From positions 68,076,001 through 68,140,000 of the forward strand of contig OX597817.1 of assembly GCA_951406725.2 (NCBI GenBank): a stretch of DNA of 64,000 nucleotides, written 5' to 3'. Below are positions 13,790 through 26,945 of the stretch, piece after piece. The DNA is from Octopus vulgaris. Taxonomy: Eukaryota. The position numbers and the translations under genes are program-made. Every line of letters starts with the position of its first letter. The first letter of the stretch is position 1. Under the pieces are notes generated by a model, which was not told the DNA's origin, made no database searches, and worked only from the letters and a program-made list of their open reading frames with translations.

Positions 13790-13935
13790 CTGAACTAATA
13801 TTTTACTTACCGAACCCGAAAGGATGGTAGGTAAAAGTGACGTCGGCGAGATTTGAACTTAGGGCGCAAAAAGCCGTAACAAATATTAAAAGACGTTACA
13901 TTAAACGCTCTAACGACTCCGACAATTAACCGCTT
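13790..13935 (-). mobile_element. Diverged SINE family C
   Basis: Reverse complement of the family C head and core (cccgaaaggatg...ggcgagatttgaactt). Confidence 0.6.
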
Positions 13936-14084
13936 AATAAGTATGTATGCATCAATACGTAGCTATATATATGTGTATATGTGTGTGTGTGTATAGAAAG
14001 AAGGACACATTTTATGTGTGTGTATGCATACATATATTTATATGTATATATATATGTATGTATAAACACATATAAAATGTGTAC

Positions 14085-14158
<74 letters not shown>

Positions 14159-14392
14159 GTGCATAGTTTATTAGCTGGGATCAGCGTGTGAAGATATCTA
14201 CTAAACTTTATAATAGCATCATAACATTATAACAGAAAGTCAACTGTGCCAATAACATCAAGTATTTAATGATATATCAACTAACGAATTAATGCCGTAG
14301 TTTAAAAAGAGATATTTTTAAGGAAATATATCGACTTGAACGGATAGAACAACAAAATGACAACCCCCACCTCTTCCCTCATAAAACCACCA

Positions 14393-14458
<66 letters not shown>

Positions 14459-14462
14459 TATA

Positions 14463-14497
<35 letters not shown>

Positions 14498-14737
14498 AAT
14501 AATCATGACGATAATGATGTTGGTGGTGGTGGTGGTTGTGGTGGAGCCGTGTTGTCGGTGGTCTCGGCATTAATGGTGATGAAGAAAATGCTGATGATGA
14601 TAGTGGTGATGATGTGATTGTAATGGAGTTGTGGCTGCGTTGATAAGGGTGATGATGATGATGATGATGATGATTATGGTAATGGTGGTAGAAAGTGGTT
14701 TTGGTGGTGGTGTTGATAATGAGGATGACAATGATAG

Positions 14738-14798
<61 letters not shown>

Positions 14799-14925
14799 AG
14801 TGAGGGGGACGTTGATGATGCTGCTGCTGCTGATGATGATGATCATGATGATGACGATCATGATGATGATGATGATGATGATGATAGTGATGGTGATGAT
14901 GATGATGATGGTGATGATGACGATT
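14393..14925. repeat. Compound trinucleotide microsatellite (AAT)n/(GAT)n/(GGT)n
   Basis: Directly visible; it generates the spurious poly-N/D/H/I ORFs. Confidence 0.95.
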
Positions 14926-15211
14926 TTTATGGTTCGAAGCTGACATAAAATGAACCGTAAAAGAACAATTTGTTTGTTATTTCATTAATTTCCTTGATTT
15001 TGTTTATCTCGTCGTCAATTTTATTTCGAAACGGTACTGTTATTCTTGAAACTCATTTTATATAATTGCGCACGTCTACGCCTATGCGAATGTTTGTCTG
15101 TTTGTGTGTGTCCGTGTGTGTATGTGTGCGTGTGAGCGTGTGTGTGCATGTGTGTGTTGTATGTAATTACGTGTGGTCACGCTTGAATGTCTGTCTACTG
15201 TAAGTATTTAT

Positions 15212-15242
<31 letters not shown>

Positions 15243-15489
15243 CACAAACACACATAAACACATAGATATAAGTATTTATTTAGTTGTTTATATATAAAAT
15301 GATGGTATATATAAACACACACTTATACATACATGCATGCACACACACATGATATTTAATATTTATAAATATGTGTGTGTATATATATATATGTTTGTGT
15401 GTGTGTCTGTGTGTGTGCATGTGTATATGTGTGTATGGATATAACGTACAATATTTAGGTGTTTATATATATGACGATGTGTACACACA

Positions 15490-15535
<46 letters not shown>

Positions 15536-16029
15536 AACATACACATACACGCGGTTAGAGATGTATGTTTTAGGCCTATATGTCTTGAACACAATACAAT
15601 TAGAGTGATGAAATTTGCGACATAATATCACAAAGTGCTCAACAGAGTTAACTATAAGTTAAGACTCATTGAACTGTAACCTTAGCCTTTCTGATATATA
15701 AAGAACAGAGTGAAACCGCTCAGAAAATCTTCCGCCAAACAGACGTGTATGATACGTATTTAGTGGTGGGATAGTCTCCGTTTCGGCAAACCGTACGTTT
15801 GTCTTACTTTGTCAGCAAGTGCAAGAAACGAGTCAGTCGTAATTGTACGATACAAACTCACAAGAATAATTCAGCTATTTGTTGGCATCTATTTGGAACG
15901 ATTGGAGATAGGAATTTGGAGAATTTCATGAGAAATCGCGTTGGACTTGCTGATTTGTTTGTTAAGAAGGTAAAAAATACTTTTAGGGAACTCAGTTGTG
16001 TGGTAAAAAAAGGCAACGAAACAAAAACC

Positions 16030-17870
16030 TAATCATGTCAACGTTGAAAATTTCATATGAGTTGCCTTTTTAAAGTAGTATAAGTAGAAACTCACATATT
16101 GCCGTCGATATCACACAATGTGGCTGCAGATGAAACTTGTTAAAATTCGATCTGGGGTGAAAGTTGACTATTTTGGATAAGATTACGTTGTAAAACATTT
16201 TAACAAATTATAGTATTTGATGTAATAAAGTTGTTCATTCGATACAGATTCATAGAATAAAAAAATAACAAATAACAAAAATACCTAGAATTATTGTATT
16301 ATTGTTTGGGGGTTAATTAATTTAAGTGTTCATATATGAAACTGAAGCATCTGAAAATGTTAGAAATCTTTAATTTTTCAGGATAATATAATTATGTAAA
16401 ATGTCGAGTGTCTGCTGGGAAAATATTTTTTCCAAAAATCTGTTTAATTTGATTATTTTACAATTTCGAGTATTCGCAGTGATAAACGATGCTAAATTTT
16501 GTTTTCAAAATTAGTTGCGTTCTTTAATGGCTAACTTGTAGTCAAAGATTTTCTCGGTAAAGTAGGCTTAAACTTTTTATTGCTGACGAATATATCGTCA
16601 GCAACTTACCTCACCTGGTGGCCCACAAGTGCCGGACAAAAATCTCTAATAATATTTTCATTGATGTGCTCAGAAGACTGCAACTACACCTACGCAACTG
16701 CAGAATTTGACTGAGCGAGCGACATGCCTGGGAAAAATTTGGAATAGTCAGCAGTTTGGCAGAATCTCAACCTAAGGTTTTACCAGCCGGGAATTGTTAA
16801 GTACTTTCTTGAAACCTGAGCGTGAAGGAAACAATACGTGAAAGCAAAATATCATTTGACGTAATGAGATTTTTACTCTAATAAAAGGGATTTTTCAATC
16901 AAGTATTCTCCAAAGAGACAGAATTCATTTCAGAAAACTGAAAAAATTAATGGAAGAGTCTAAGACTAAATTGAAACTTTGGTGGGTATCTCAATCTCGA
17001 TTGTAACTACATAGTGTGTACAAAAAGTTTAGTTACAACAATTCTCGACAAATATTTGGTCCTATTGGATGTTGATTTTCAGTGTCTTACTAACACGTAA
17101 CCTGTTTATCGAAGTCATAGCAAATAACTAAAAGTTAATCAATAGAAGGATTGAGAAGGGCAAAATTACAAAGTAAGTTTTGAAAGATATAAGGAACGAA
17201 GATTCATTTGATTCTCTCTGTGATGATATTGTATAGAAAACAATGTGTTTTACCACAGAAGCGAAAAGCTCATACAAAATTTGGAATGAGTAGTGGGAAA
17301 GCTATATTTACGGATGTAGAACGAAACCATTACACGTAAGTGTATTTTCGATTGTAGATTCAATTGTGTCTTCTATCGACTGAAACTTTGATCAGACGAT
17401 TTATAAGATATATTTAAGGCTGGAGACATAGTTCCTAAAGGCTATGAAATAAAAGAGCACCCCATCAAAAATCAAGATACACTGGTGACATTAGTTCTTT
17501 GATGTCTAGACTTTCGGGTTTTGAAGTTTCTATGAAGAAACCTTTGTTTGTGATTTGACTGACATTGTAGACTTTCTGAAAAAAGAAACAAAGAAAAGAA
17601 ACACGGCCGATAACAAGCAATTAATATCAGAGATTTAGACAATTTGTCAACTTTTATTGTCGGTTCCTGCAATATCTACGGCTGAGCGAACATTTTCTCT
17701 GGCAAAATCTTCGGATATGTCTTCCATCAAGAATGACACGAGCGAGATTAAATTCTCTGCTTATACTTTCGTATCTCAAAGCACGAACACACTAAGTAAG
17801 TCTAATTGCAGTTGCTGAAGAATTTACTTCACGAAATGGTAAAAGAATTTTGGCAGATTCTGACTAGCTG
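16030..17870 (+). pseudogene. Decayed hAT-superfamily transposase
   Basis: AADET-like motif near 16122. C-terminal dimerisation domain ...ICQLLLSVPAISTAERTFS (~17640-17700) and ...SRMTRARLNSLLILS (~17725-17770). Many stops and frameshifts; ends not defined. Confidence 0.7.
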
Positions 17871-18086
17871 GATGATAAATTGAGTTGACTAATAAAGTTC
17901 ATAATAACGTTGACTTTTCTCTCTCAGACTACCGTCTTATAATTGATATTCTGCAATACATATATTACAAATTTAAACCAACTCTTTCCTCCTGATTTCT
18001 AACGTGATAATATAGTTTAGGGCTACAGAGAAATCGTGTATTTTTAGTGCCTGGAAATATTGCTATGCTTTAATATTAATTTGTGA

Positions 18087-18382
18087 AGGCACGTGGATTA
18101 GTGGTTAGGGTATTTGGCTCACGATCGTAAGGTCGTGTGTTCGATTTCCTGTAGTACTTGTATCCTTGAGCAAGGCACTTTACTTCACGTTTCTCCAGTC
18201 CACTCAGCTAGCAAAAGCGAGTGGTACACATACTTCAAAGGGTAATTTATTTTCACATTCTGTGTCACGCTGAACCTCCTTGAGAACTACGTTAAGGGGA
18301 CGCGCGTCTGTGTACTGCTCAGTTACGTGCCTTTGATCAACTCAACCAGAACACCTCTTCGTCGTAACCGACGGAATGCCAG
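18087..18382 (+). mobile_element. SINE family B
   Basis: tggattagtgg, gttcgattt, ccttgagcaaggcactttacttcacg...cagtccactcagct, tail gtcgtaaccgacgga. Confidence 0.85.
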
Positions 18383-18887
18383 TTTTTAAAACATTAATTT
18401 ACATTTAAAGAAGTAACAGACATAAACAGCGTTTTTCAAGCAGCGGGCTGCATGAGTTATGGCTGATAATAGGGCTACTGAAACAAATTGAAATAAATTT
18501 TTATTGAAGGTACCACAGCCATTTTCCCTACAGGGGCCCATTGCATCTGCCTTTGAAATAGGGGAAATATTTCTTTTTATAATTAAAAATTGAAGTCTTG
18601 GTATAATATTGTTACTGACGATAGTGTGATTAACAGGCACAGTGATACATTACGGAATAACATAGAGACAAAGAAAATGAATACTTGAAAAAATTGTGTA
18701 TTAAGTATGAATATCCTTATGATCTGTGTTTTGAAGAAAAATTGAATATTTTCATTATCCATGAATACAAATTTTAAAAAAGCTAATTTTTAAATATTAC
18801 AGATGTATATTTAACAATCTGACCAGTAAATAATTTCATTGGTCATTTTTAAATTAATAAATAATGTTAATATAAAAAGCATACTAA

Positions 18888-19100
18888 TGCGGCGAGCTGG
18901 CAGAGTCGTTAGAAGACCGGGTAAAACGCTTAGCGGCATTTGGTTCCCCTTTAACGTTCTGAATTCAAATACTGCCAAAGTCGACTTTGCCTTTCGTCCT
19001 TTAGAGATCGATAAAATAAGTACCAGTCGAGTACTGGATTCGATGTAATCGACTTACTCCACCCCGGCATTTGGCGGTCTTGTGCCAAAATTTGAAACCA
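18888..19100 (+). mobile_element. SINE family C
   Basis: gcggcgagctggcagagtcgttag...ttcaaat...gactttgcctttcgtcc...ttgtgccaaaatttgaaacc. Confidence 0.85.
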
Positions 19101-19102
19101 AT

Positions 19103-19493
19103 ACTCTTTTACTCTTTTACTTGTTTCCGTCATTTGACTGTGGCCATACTGGAGCACCACCATTAGTCAAGGAAATCGACCCTAGGACTTATTCTTTGTA
19201 AGCCTAGTACTTATTCTATCGGTCTCTTTTGCCGAACCGCTGAGTGACGCGGACGTAAACACACCAGCATCGATTATCAAACGATGTTGGGGGAACAAAC
19301 ACAAAGAAACATACACACACACACACACACACACATACATATATACGACGGGCCTCTTTCAGTTTCCGTCTACCAAATCCACTAACAAGGCTTTGGTCGG
19401 CCCGAGGCTATAGTAGAAGACACTTGCCCAAGGTGCCACGCAGTGGGACTGAACCCGGAACCATGTGGTTGGTAAGCAAGCTATTTACCACAC
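19103..19493 (-). mobile_element. SINE family A
   Basis: Highly similar to 12933-13384, with internal (CA)n. Confidence 0.9.
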
Positions 19494-20853
19494 TTAAAAA
19501 TATACTTTAAAAGTAGTACGAAATGTTTCTGATTTATTCATCTGATTACACAAGAAATATTTTGTGAAGGAAAAAAATATATTTCTTCTCAAGGGAAAAA
19601 AATGATTATGAACGTTTCCTGTTTCTAAAGCAAACGATGTTTATGCAGATGAACTTTTGTGAAAATCGCCATTGGTTCAAAAATGCTGAAAACGTTACCT
19701 TCAACGAAAGAACACAAAATCCAATAAACATCTTGTTCAATCATTGTTATGTACATAGTTTAGTTGAACTCTTAAAGCTATGATACTAGGAGAAAATAAT
19801 AATCCGGCAAAAAAAAAAAAAAGAAGCAACACTCCAACTCAATAAAAAATAAAGAAATGAAATTGAAAAATAAATTAAAGTGAAATGACAAATTGGGTAG
19901 AGCATAACCATAACCATAACTGAAATGCTGTGAAATAAATGAGCAGCATTGCCGAGGAAAATAACACGACTAAGCGACAAATTAAAGCGTTGTCTTACAA
20001 AATATGGATACAACGAAGACCATATGTATTCATTTGTTATTGACGTAAAATGAGATAATTCATTCACGTATTTTAGTGAGACACTTTGCGTTGTACTTTT
20101 TTTTTTTACAACTTTTCCAATATTTACTGATATATACGATGTTGCATCTCGTAAATTCTCATCGAGACGAATATCTGTCAATCTTAATCTAGTTTTTTAC
20201 TATATTATTTTCACTCTTGAAAAACAAAAGGTGGTGCTTGTATTTATACATAGTATCAAACATATTTGCATATCTTCTTGCGAAGCGCAGTATTTTGGGG
20301 ATAGTTTTTAAGTCAGGAAGAGTTTCATAAACTGCAATAAACATTTGTCTTTAAATTTTTTTAAAAAGAATTCATCAAAACACAGTTATTTCCATTTCGT
20401 GCTATATTTTCATTTATTTCCTTTCGTGCTATATTTTCAACATCGACATTAAATGAATTTTTAAAAAGGTTAAAACCAGCTTCTTTAGCTTTTAAGTCCT
20501 TAAATCTGCTTAGTGCTCCTACCTCGTAATTAAATCTGGCGTTCAGTTAGTTTATTATTTTAAACTCATTTAATTCTAAGTCATTGATTATATCCAAACT
20601 TACTGTGATTGGCTAGTGTGGAGAAATGGAAAGCGTCATCAGCCCTGACTTGATTCTACTAAACCTGAAGTTTTGTTTCAAAAACTTTGAAATGAGTATA
20701 CATTTTATGAATCAACTGATTTTGTTTTGCAATTTTAAATTGAGATCATTTAAATAGGTTGTGGTATCTACGAGCAATGCAAAGTCACAAGCTAAAGGAT
20801 AGATTTATCCGTCATGTCTAAGAAAGCGCATATATCTTCTCTGAGGTTATAAA

Positions 20854-20906
20854 ACTACTTCCCTTTACTTAGCCAGCAAACTGATGGCTAGGTAAAGGGA
20901 AGTAGT
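20854..20906. other. Near-perfect 22-bp inverted repeat with a 9-nt loop
   Basis: ACTACTTCCCTTTACTTAGCCA / TGGCTAGGTAAAGGGAAGTAGT, with one G:T pair. Confidence 0.85.
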
Positions 20907-20955
20907 AAACTTATAAATTATAAAATTTATGACTGAAATAACAACACCTATATTA

Positions 20956-21138
20956 CAGTTCTATATTTAAGAGATGAGGAATTATGTACATTATTTACAT
21001 TCGACGGATATTTGTCCTCATCTTGTTTGTTGTTAACACAAATTTTCGGCTGATATACCTTCCAGCCTTCTTCAGGTGTCTTGGAGAAATTTCGAACCTG
21101 GGTTCTCATTCCTAAGGTATTTTTCGATGTTGTTGTTG

Positions 21139-21178
<40 letters not shown>

Positions 21179-21307
21179 AGTCACTGCTTGGAATCGAACT
21201 CGGAATCTTGGGGTTAGTAGCCTGCGCTCTTAACCACTACGCCATATGCCCGTGGACAATTATGGAATGAATTTTAGGGTTTACGTAAATAATGTAAATA
21301 ACGTAAA
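20956..21307 (-). mobile_element. tRNA-headed, hammerhead-bearing short retroelement, locus 1
   Basis: A box at 21234-21244, B box at 21190-21201, (AAT/AAC)n, HHR at 21035-21080, tail ending ...cttaaatatagaactg. An inverted (GTAAATAAY) end piece lies at 21285-21307. Imperfect TSD at 20939-20954 / 21308-21324. Confidence 0.85.
21035..21080 (-). ncRNA. Minimal type I hammerhead ribozyme, core intact
   Basis: GACAC-CTGAAGA-A-GGCTG-(10 nt)-CAGCC-GAAA-AT-TT-GTGTT. Helix I GACAC/GTGTT, helix II GGCTG/CAGCC, palindromic mini-helix III AATT. Confidence 0.8.
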
Positions 21308-21972
21308 TAACAAACACCCATATTTTAAAGTTTTACAGACTTTGCCCCTTAATTTTCTTGGTGATTTACACAACGAGTTGTAAAATCATTGTTTGCTAAC
21401 TTCAAAGAAGTTAATTTGTCCTTCAATTAGGATAGAAAGCCTACCTTAGGCACAATCATTGCTGGGACCTCTTCTGTTGCTACACTAACGGACTCTTCAA
21501 CTTCGTTGTTACTTTCTTCATTTCTTAAAAAATTTTATATCGTGTAATTTTGTTCTAAACTGTCGGTGCAGCAAGTTATTCTCCGGTGGTATTAAAGGAG
21601 TTCAATTAGCACATCCAACCTACCTTGGCCGTGTTGTTTAAAACTCCATAAATTGCACCAAATGCCCTAAGAAATGATCTTGTACAGACACTAGGTGTTA
21701 TAAAAAGCATTGGTTAAATCGGTTGACGAAATTTCGTCAGCACCGAGAGATGGCACTGTTATATCATGTAATTTCATTGCAAATTTCGCCATCATCTGCA
21801 GCAGGCTGTCGAAAATCTGTCAAACCGATATAGTTGGACAGAAGCTAAGCAGCCAGGGATGTTGCAAAAACTAGCAGGCTGTGTACAAACTAATTACTGT
21901 TTAGCCAATCTTAAACTCTATCGGTTCGACTGTTCGACTGATTTTTTGATTTGACTTTCGGTGTTTGGTTAT

Positions 21973-22020
21973 CTGCTGCTGATGACGCCCAATTTACGGC
22001 GAAATTACTTGATACAACAG
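21973..22020 (+). ncRNA. Stand-alone type I hammerhead ribozyme motif
   Basis: CTGCTG-CTGATGA-C-GCC-(8 nt)-GGC-GAAA-TTACTTGA-TA-CAACAG. All core bases are canonical, helix I pairs 5/6, helix III is ATTA/TGAT. Confidence 0.7.
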
Positions 22021-22532
22021 TGCTATGCGTCGGTACTGGGTTATGTTTTGCAGGTAGTACTTAAAGATATTATCAGTTTGATAACAGGCGTTCATAAAAG
22101 AATTAAATTCTGTCTGTAGATTCTATTACATTTTGGAAAGGAAATGCATTATGATATACACATTATGATATACACATTATGATATACACATTCAACGTAT
22201 GCTTACATTTTGGGGCATCCTGTATATTATGAATGGTATGTGTGTGTGTGTGTGTGTGTGTGTATTTAGGTGAACTTGTTTGTTGGATGTGTATTCATAG
22301 TAGAATATATGTGAGTGTGTGTACTTGCATAGGTGAAACTGATATAGGTGTAAATATCGATGTTCTCTATGTGCGGTAATTTCTAAAGACAGAGATAATA
22401 TTTAGAGAGAAAGATAAATAGATAAATAGATAAATAGATAAATAGATAAATAGATAAATAGATAGAGAGTGCTGTGATTTCTGAAGACAATGAGAAAATA
22501 CATAGGTAGATATAGCCAAATAGAAAGATAGA

Positions 22533-23108
22533 TACAAACATATGTACATACATACATACATACATACATACATACATACATACATACATACATACATACA
22601 TACGTACGTACATACATACGTACATACATACATGCATACATACATTCATACATACATACGTACACACATACATACATACATACATACACACATACATACA
22701 TACACACACATACATACATACATACATACACATACATGCATCCATCCATCCATACATACATAAATACCTACCTACCTACCTACCTACCTACCTACCTACC
22801 TACCTACATACATACATACATACATATATACCCACATACATACATACATACATAATACATACATAATACATACATACATACATACATACATACATACATA
22901 CACACATACACAAACATACATACATACATACATACATACATAATACATACATAATACATACATACATACATACATACATACATACATACATACATACATA
23001 CCCACATACATACATACATACATAATACATACATAATACATACATACATACATACATACATACATACATACATACATACATACACACACAAACATACATA
23101 CATACATA
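22533..23108. repeat. Long (TACA)n/(TACC)n microsatellite
   Basis: Directly visible. Confidence 0.95.
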
Positions 23109-23542
23109 GGATGATAAATCGATAGACTAAAAATAAGTTAGGAAGCGTTTCCAACATGAAGACTGAACAGTGAAATATATGTTTGACACATTTATATTCC
23201 ACTAGGTGTATTGAACGACACGATATCAATTTGAGCATTTTTAACAAACATTAGATATAATATTTCTTCTTTTCTCCTGTTATTGGTTTTACATCCACAT
23301 TTTACTGCTGTTGACAACTAATTATATTTACGTTTAAATTGTTGTTTTCTGTGAATAAAAAATCCATATATATGTGAAGATACGCATATGTATGTGTGAG
23401 TAAATATGTGTAATGTGTGTGTGTGTGTGTGGTGAAGATCAACATTTAAACGCTAGATCATACAGATGCGTACGCACGGCCAGGATTACTTATAAGCACA
23501 TACATAATCACAGACAACAGAATATATGTATATATATATATA

Positions 23543-23871
<329 letters not shown>

Positions 23872-24655
23872 GCACAGACGCATACACACACATGCACACA
23901 CTACTATTGGTTGTGTGCAAAAGAAAGTGGGAGACATAAACAAATACATTAATGTAAAAATAATAGAAAAAAACACCAACGATCTTGCAAATTTCCAATG
24001 ACGTAATTTATTATTAATCTTCACAGTAATTACTGAACATAAACTGTTACTTAGACACATTCAGTCACTTAATGGGTCCCCCGTCCGTTTACGTGATAAA
24101 AATCCAAACATTTAAATCAACTGAAATGCACCGTCGTTGTACTGTATTATAGTGTATGTGACTGAGCACTCTGCAAACACAATTGTGTAGCAAAGCTATC
24201 CCTTTCAATAGTAATAACTGTCAGCATAACATTTCCGCATTGTTTCCCGTTACCAAATTTCCTTCTTTCATCCTTGGTTAGATCAAAGCTACAGCAGAAA
24301 ACTCTTTCTCAGCGAAGCAGGATCGAATCCGGAACCAAATGATTGAGAAGTAAAGAATCTTAGCCATGAATCTGTTTGAAATGTGCTGATCTTTAGTTAT
24401 TTATGATTTAGTATTATAAGGAATCTGCTCAGTTTGTAGGTTTTATGTTGGTAGATGTCGTTGTAAATAGATAGTCTTTGGTGGACGATTTTAGGAAGAA
24501 TTTTAATCAGAGCGTTTACTTATTGTTGGAGTGAAGATATATTATTTGAGGCTGTTCTTGTGACATGAAGTATGGCGTGAGCATTGTCGCCTGATGTTAA
24601 TATTTATTCCATTGCAGGTGTTGCAGCTAGCTTCGTGAGATATGCAGGTATGCAA

Positions 24656-26945
24656 ATATGGGCTGTTTAGGATGCTAAGGCAATTTAGCAGTGAAGCAAT
24701 TGCTTCACCTCTTATGTAAAATTTATTGTTTTTGTACAGGGATGTATAGCGTCTCCCTAAAAAAAGTTGTCATGCAGTTAAGCATGTTATTTAATATGAC
24801 GGTTGGTGTGTTCAGTTTTATGTATACATTTAAGTCGAAATGTTTTGTCTTGAATTTCGAGCGTGTTAACGTATCTGTTAACCAACAGGTATCGGTGGTC
24901 TTATTTTATATCTTAAGTGCATGATTTTATATACGTTATTTAGGTGTTTCCATGGTTTGGTCTGCTAAGTTATTAATTTGAAATTGGAAGGCACCTAGGT
25001 TACTTTTATAATTTAATTTCGTGTATAATAGCGACTTGAATATTATCTGTGAAGATAAATCATTTAAGTTTGATAACGATAGTTTTATTTTGCCGTTCGT
25101 GTTATATTGCAATATTTTAAAATATTGTAGTTTACAAAGTTAACTTTTATATATCACTGCAACTCCTGCACAACCGTTAGTGAAAGAGTTACCTTAATGA
25201 ATTACACAAATCGAAAGTTCTTCCATCACCTAGCCTGACGCCTAACTTTTGTTCCGTTAACATAGAGCTCTCTGCCAAGTTTTTAAATGCATCCTTCCAT
25301 CCACTCTCTACCCATGATGGATCTATAAGTAGTATTTTCATGAAGAAAAGATCTATCTTTTTCTTCTTACTTTACATTCAACTCTGCATTGCACATAGTA
25401 GGTAATCCTCCCCCAAACAATTTCTTTCCAGCTCTCTAGGCTCTGCAGTACATATACAGACACGATAATTACAAGAGAAATTCCAGTAGCTTTAAATCAA
25501 CAAGGCCATCAGCTCTGACAGTGTTCCTTTTATTACTCTGCCTCTATACTCAGGTAACTCTTTAATCTTTCTATGTTTCTCTTTATCTTTATCTGTTCGT
25601 CTGTCTGTTTGTCTCTCTCTGAAATTAACCAGGTATTTGGAAATACTCTACAATCTGTCCCATTCCAAAGAGGATAAAAATCCTCTTACCGCGGCAGCTA
25701 TCGATTTATCGAGCTCACAAACAATATTTAGAAAATGAGTAATTGATAGCCATCTACTTGAACATATCGAATCTCTCCTCCACCTCCATGGTTATCAATA
25801 GGGCTTTCTCTGAGCCAGGTTCTATCAATTGCATCTTCCCTCAATACATACATTAACGATCTACTTGCATCATCTGCAACTACGCTCACTCCTAAGCATT
25901 TGAAACTACTCTTCATTCTTCCCTGACATTCCGTACCTGAATGTCACCATTATATAACCGAGAAACCTTACTCTCAGTACTGACTTCTTGAACAAAGTTC
26001 TTGAAAATGTGTTCCAATAAGGTCCAATACAATGACACAAGCACTACGCATCCTCCCCTAAGTACTAACGACTCAACAAGAATCCTCGTAGTCGCTACAT
26101 ATGTTGGAAGTCGTTATCACTGGTGATCTCTCCTGTCGATCCTATATTCTCAACCGAGCAAGCAAAGACCTGTATCACAAAGGCTAACCAGGAAATACTT
26201 CCGTTTTTAACATCTGCCAATAAAACACAAGGCCTAAGAGAAAACCTCAATAGAATACTGCATCTGTATCTTAGACAGTGAGGCAGATACGTCGCATACA
26301 TCATAGGTTTCTGACCGGCATGAAGTCGCGCACCCAACACACTCCAATCTCTGGATAACAAACCTAGCTGTGTCATACTCTACCATTTTTACCACTACGA
26401 CAATGACTTCTGCATCACCAAGTTGACCAAATACGTGACAACTACTTAAGACTACCTAACTAAGTAATCTCTCCTGTGTCTCCGATGCCACAGTACAATC
26501 CTTTCAAACAATGTTTGTCATGCAGCCGTCAGTTTGCAATTTTCCAAGCAGAACAACAACTGTATTACCTTTTATATTCTTGCTATTATGCACAGAATTA
26601 AATTATAAATACCATCTAGGTACTCTCCAATTTCAAATTAATAACTAGGCAGACCAAGCCATGGAAACGTCTACATAACATATATAAAATCGTGCAGCTG
26701 ATACAAAATAGGACAACTGACACATGATCGTTAACGGCACGTCAACACAAAAAACGTCGACTTAAATATATAAATAATGACCTAACCCATCGTCCAATTA
26801 AGTAACATGTCTAGCTACATAACAGGCATTTTAGAGAGACGTCACTACACACTATACATCCCGGTTCAAAAGCAATAAATGTAACGCAAGAGGTGAATTA
26901 ATTGCTTCGATATTAAATTGCCTTAACATCCTAACAGCTCATATT
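24656..26945. repeat. Pair of diverged ~380-bp inverted copies (24656-25044 and 26572-26945)
   Basis: Collinear reverse-complement blocks such as ccaatttcaaattaataact, ccatggaaac, tcgacttaaat, ctatacatccc and aaattgccttaRcatcctaa. Confidence 0.8.
25680..26530 (+). pseudogene. Heavily decayed CR1-group LINE reverse transcriptase and C-terminal region
   Basis: Remnants of motifs: AIDLS (~25695), PGS...YINDL (~25815-25865), VITGDLS (~26112) and a KAxxRxxxEYC-like stretch (~26228-26262). Confidence 0.55.

Noticed and set aside
12690-19493. SINE C(+) next to SINE A(-) tail-to-tail at two loci
   Set aside because: The spacing differs between the loci and high SINE density explains the adjacency.
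21442-21527. Possible minus-strand exon (RNEESNNEVEESVSVATEEVPAMIVPK|GT)
   Set aside because: Weak acceptor, no recognisable domain and no neighbouring exons to support it.
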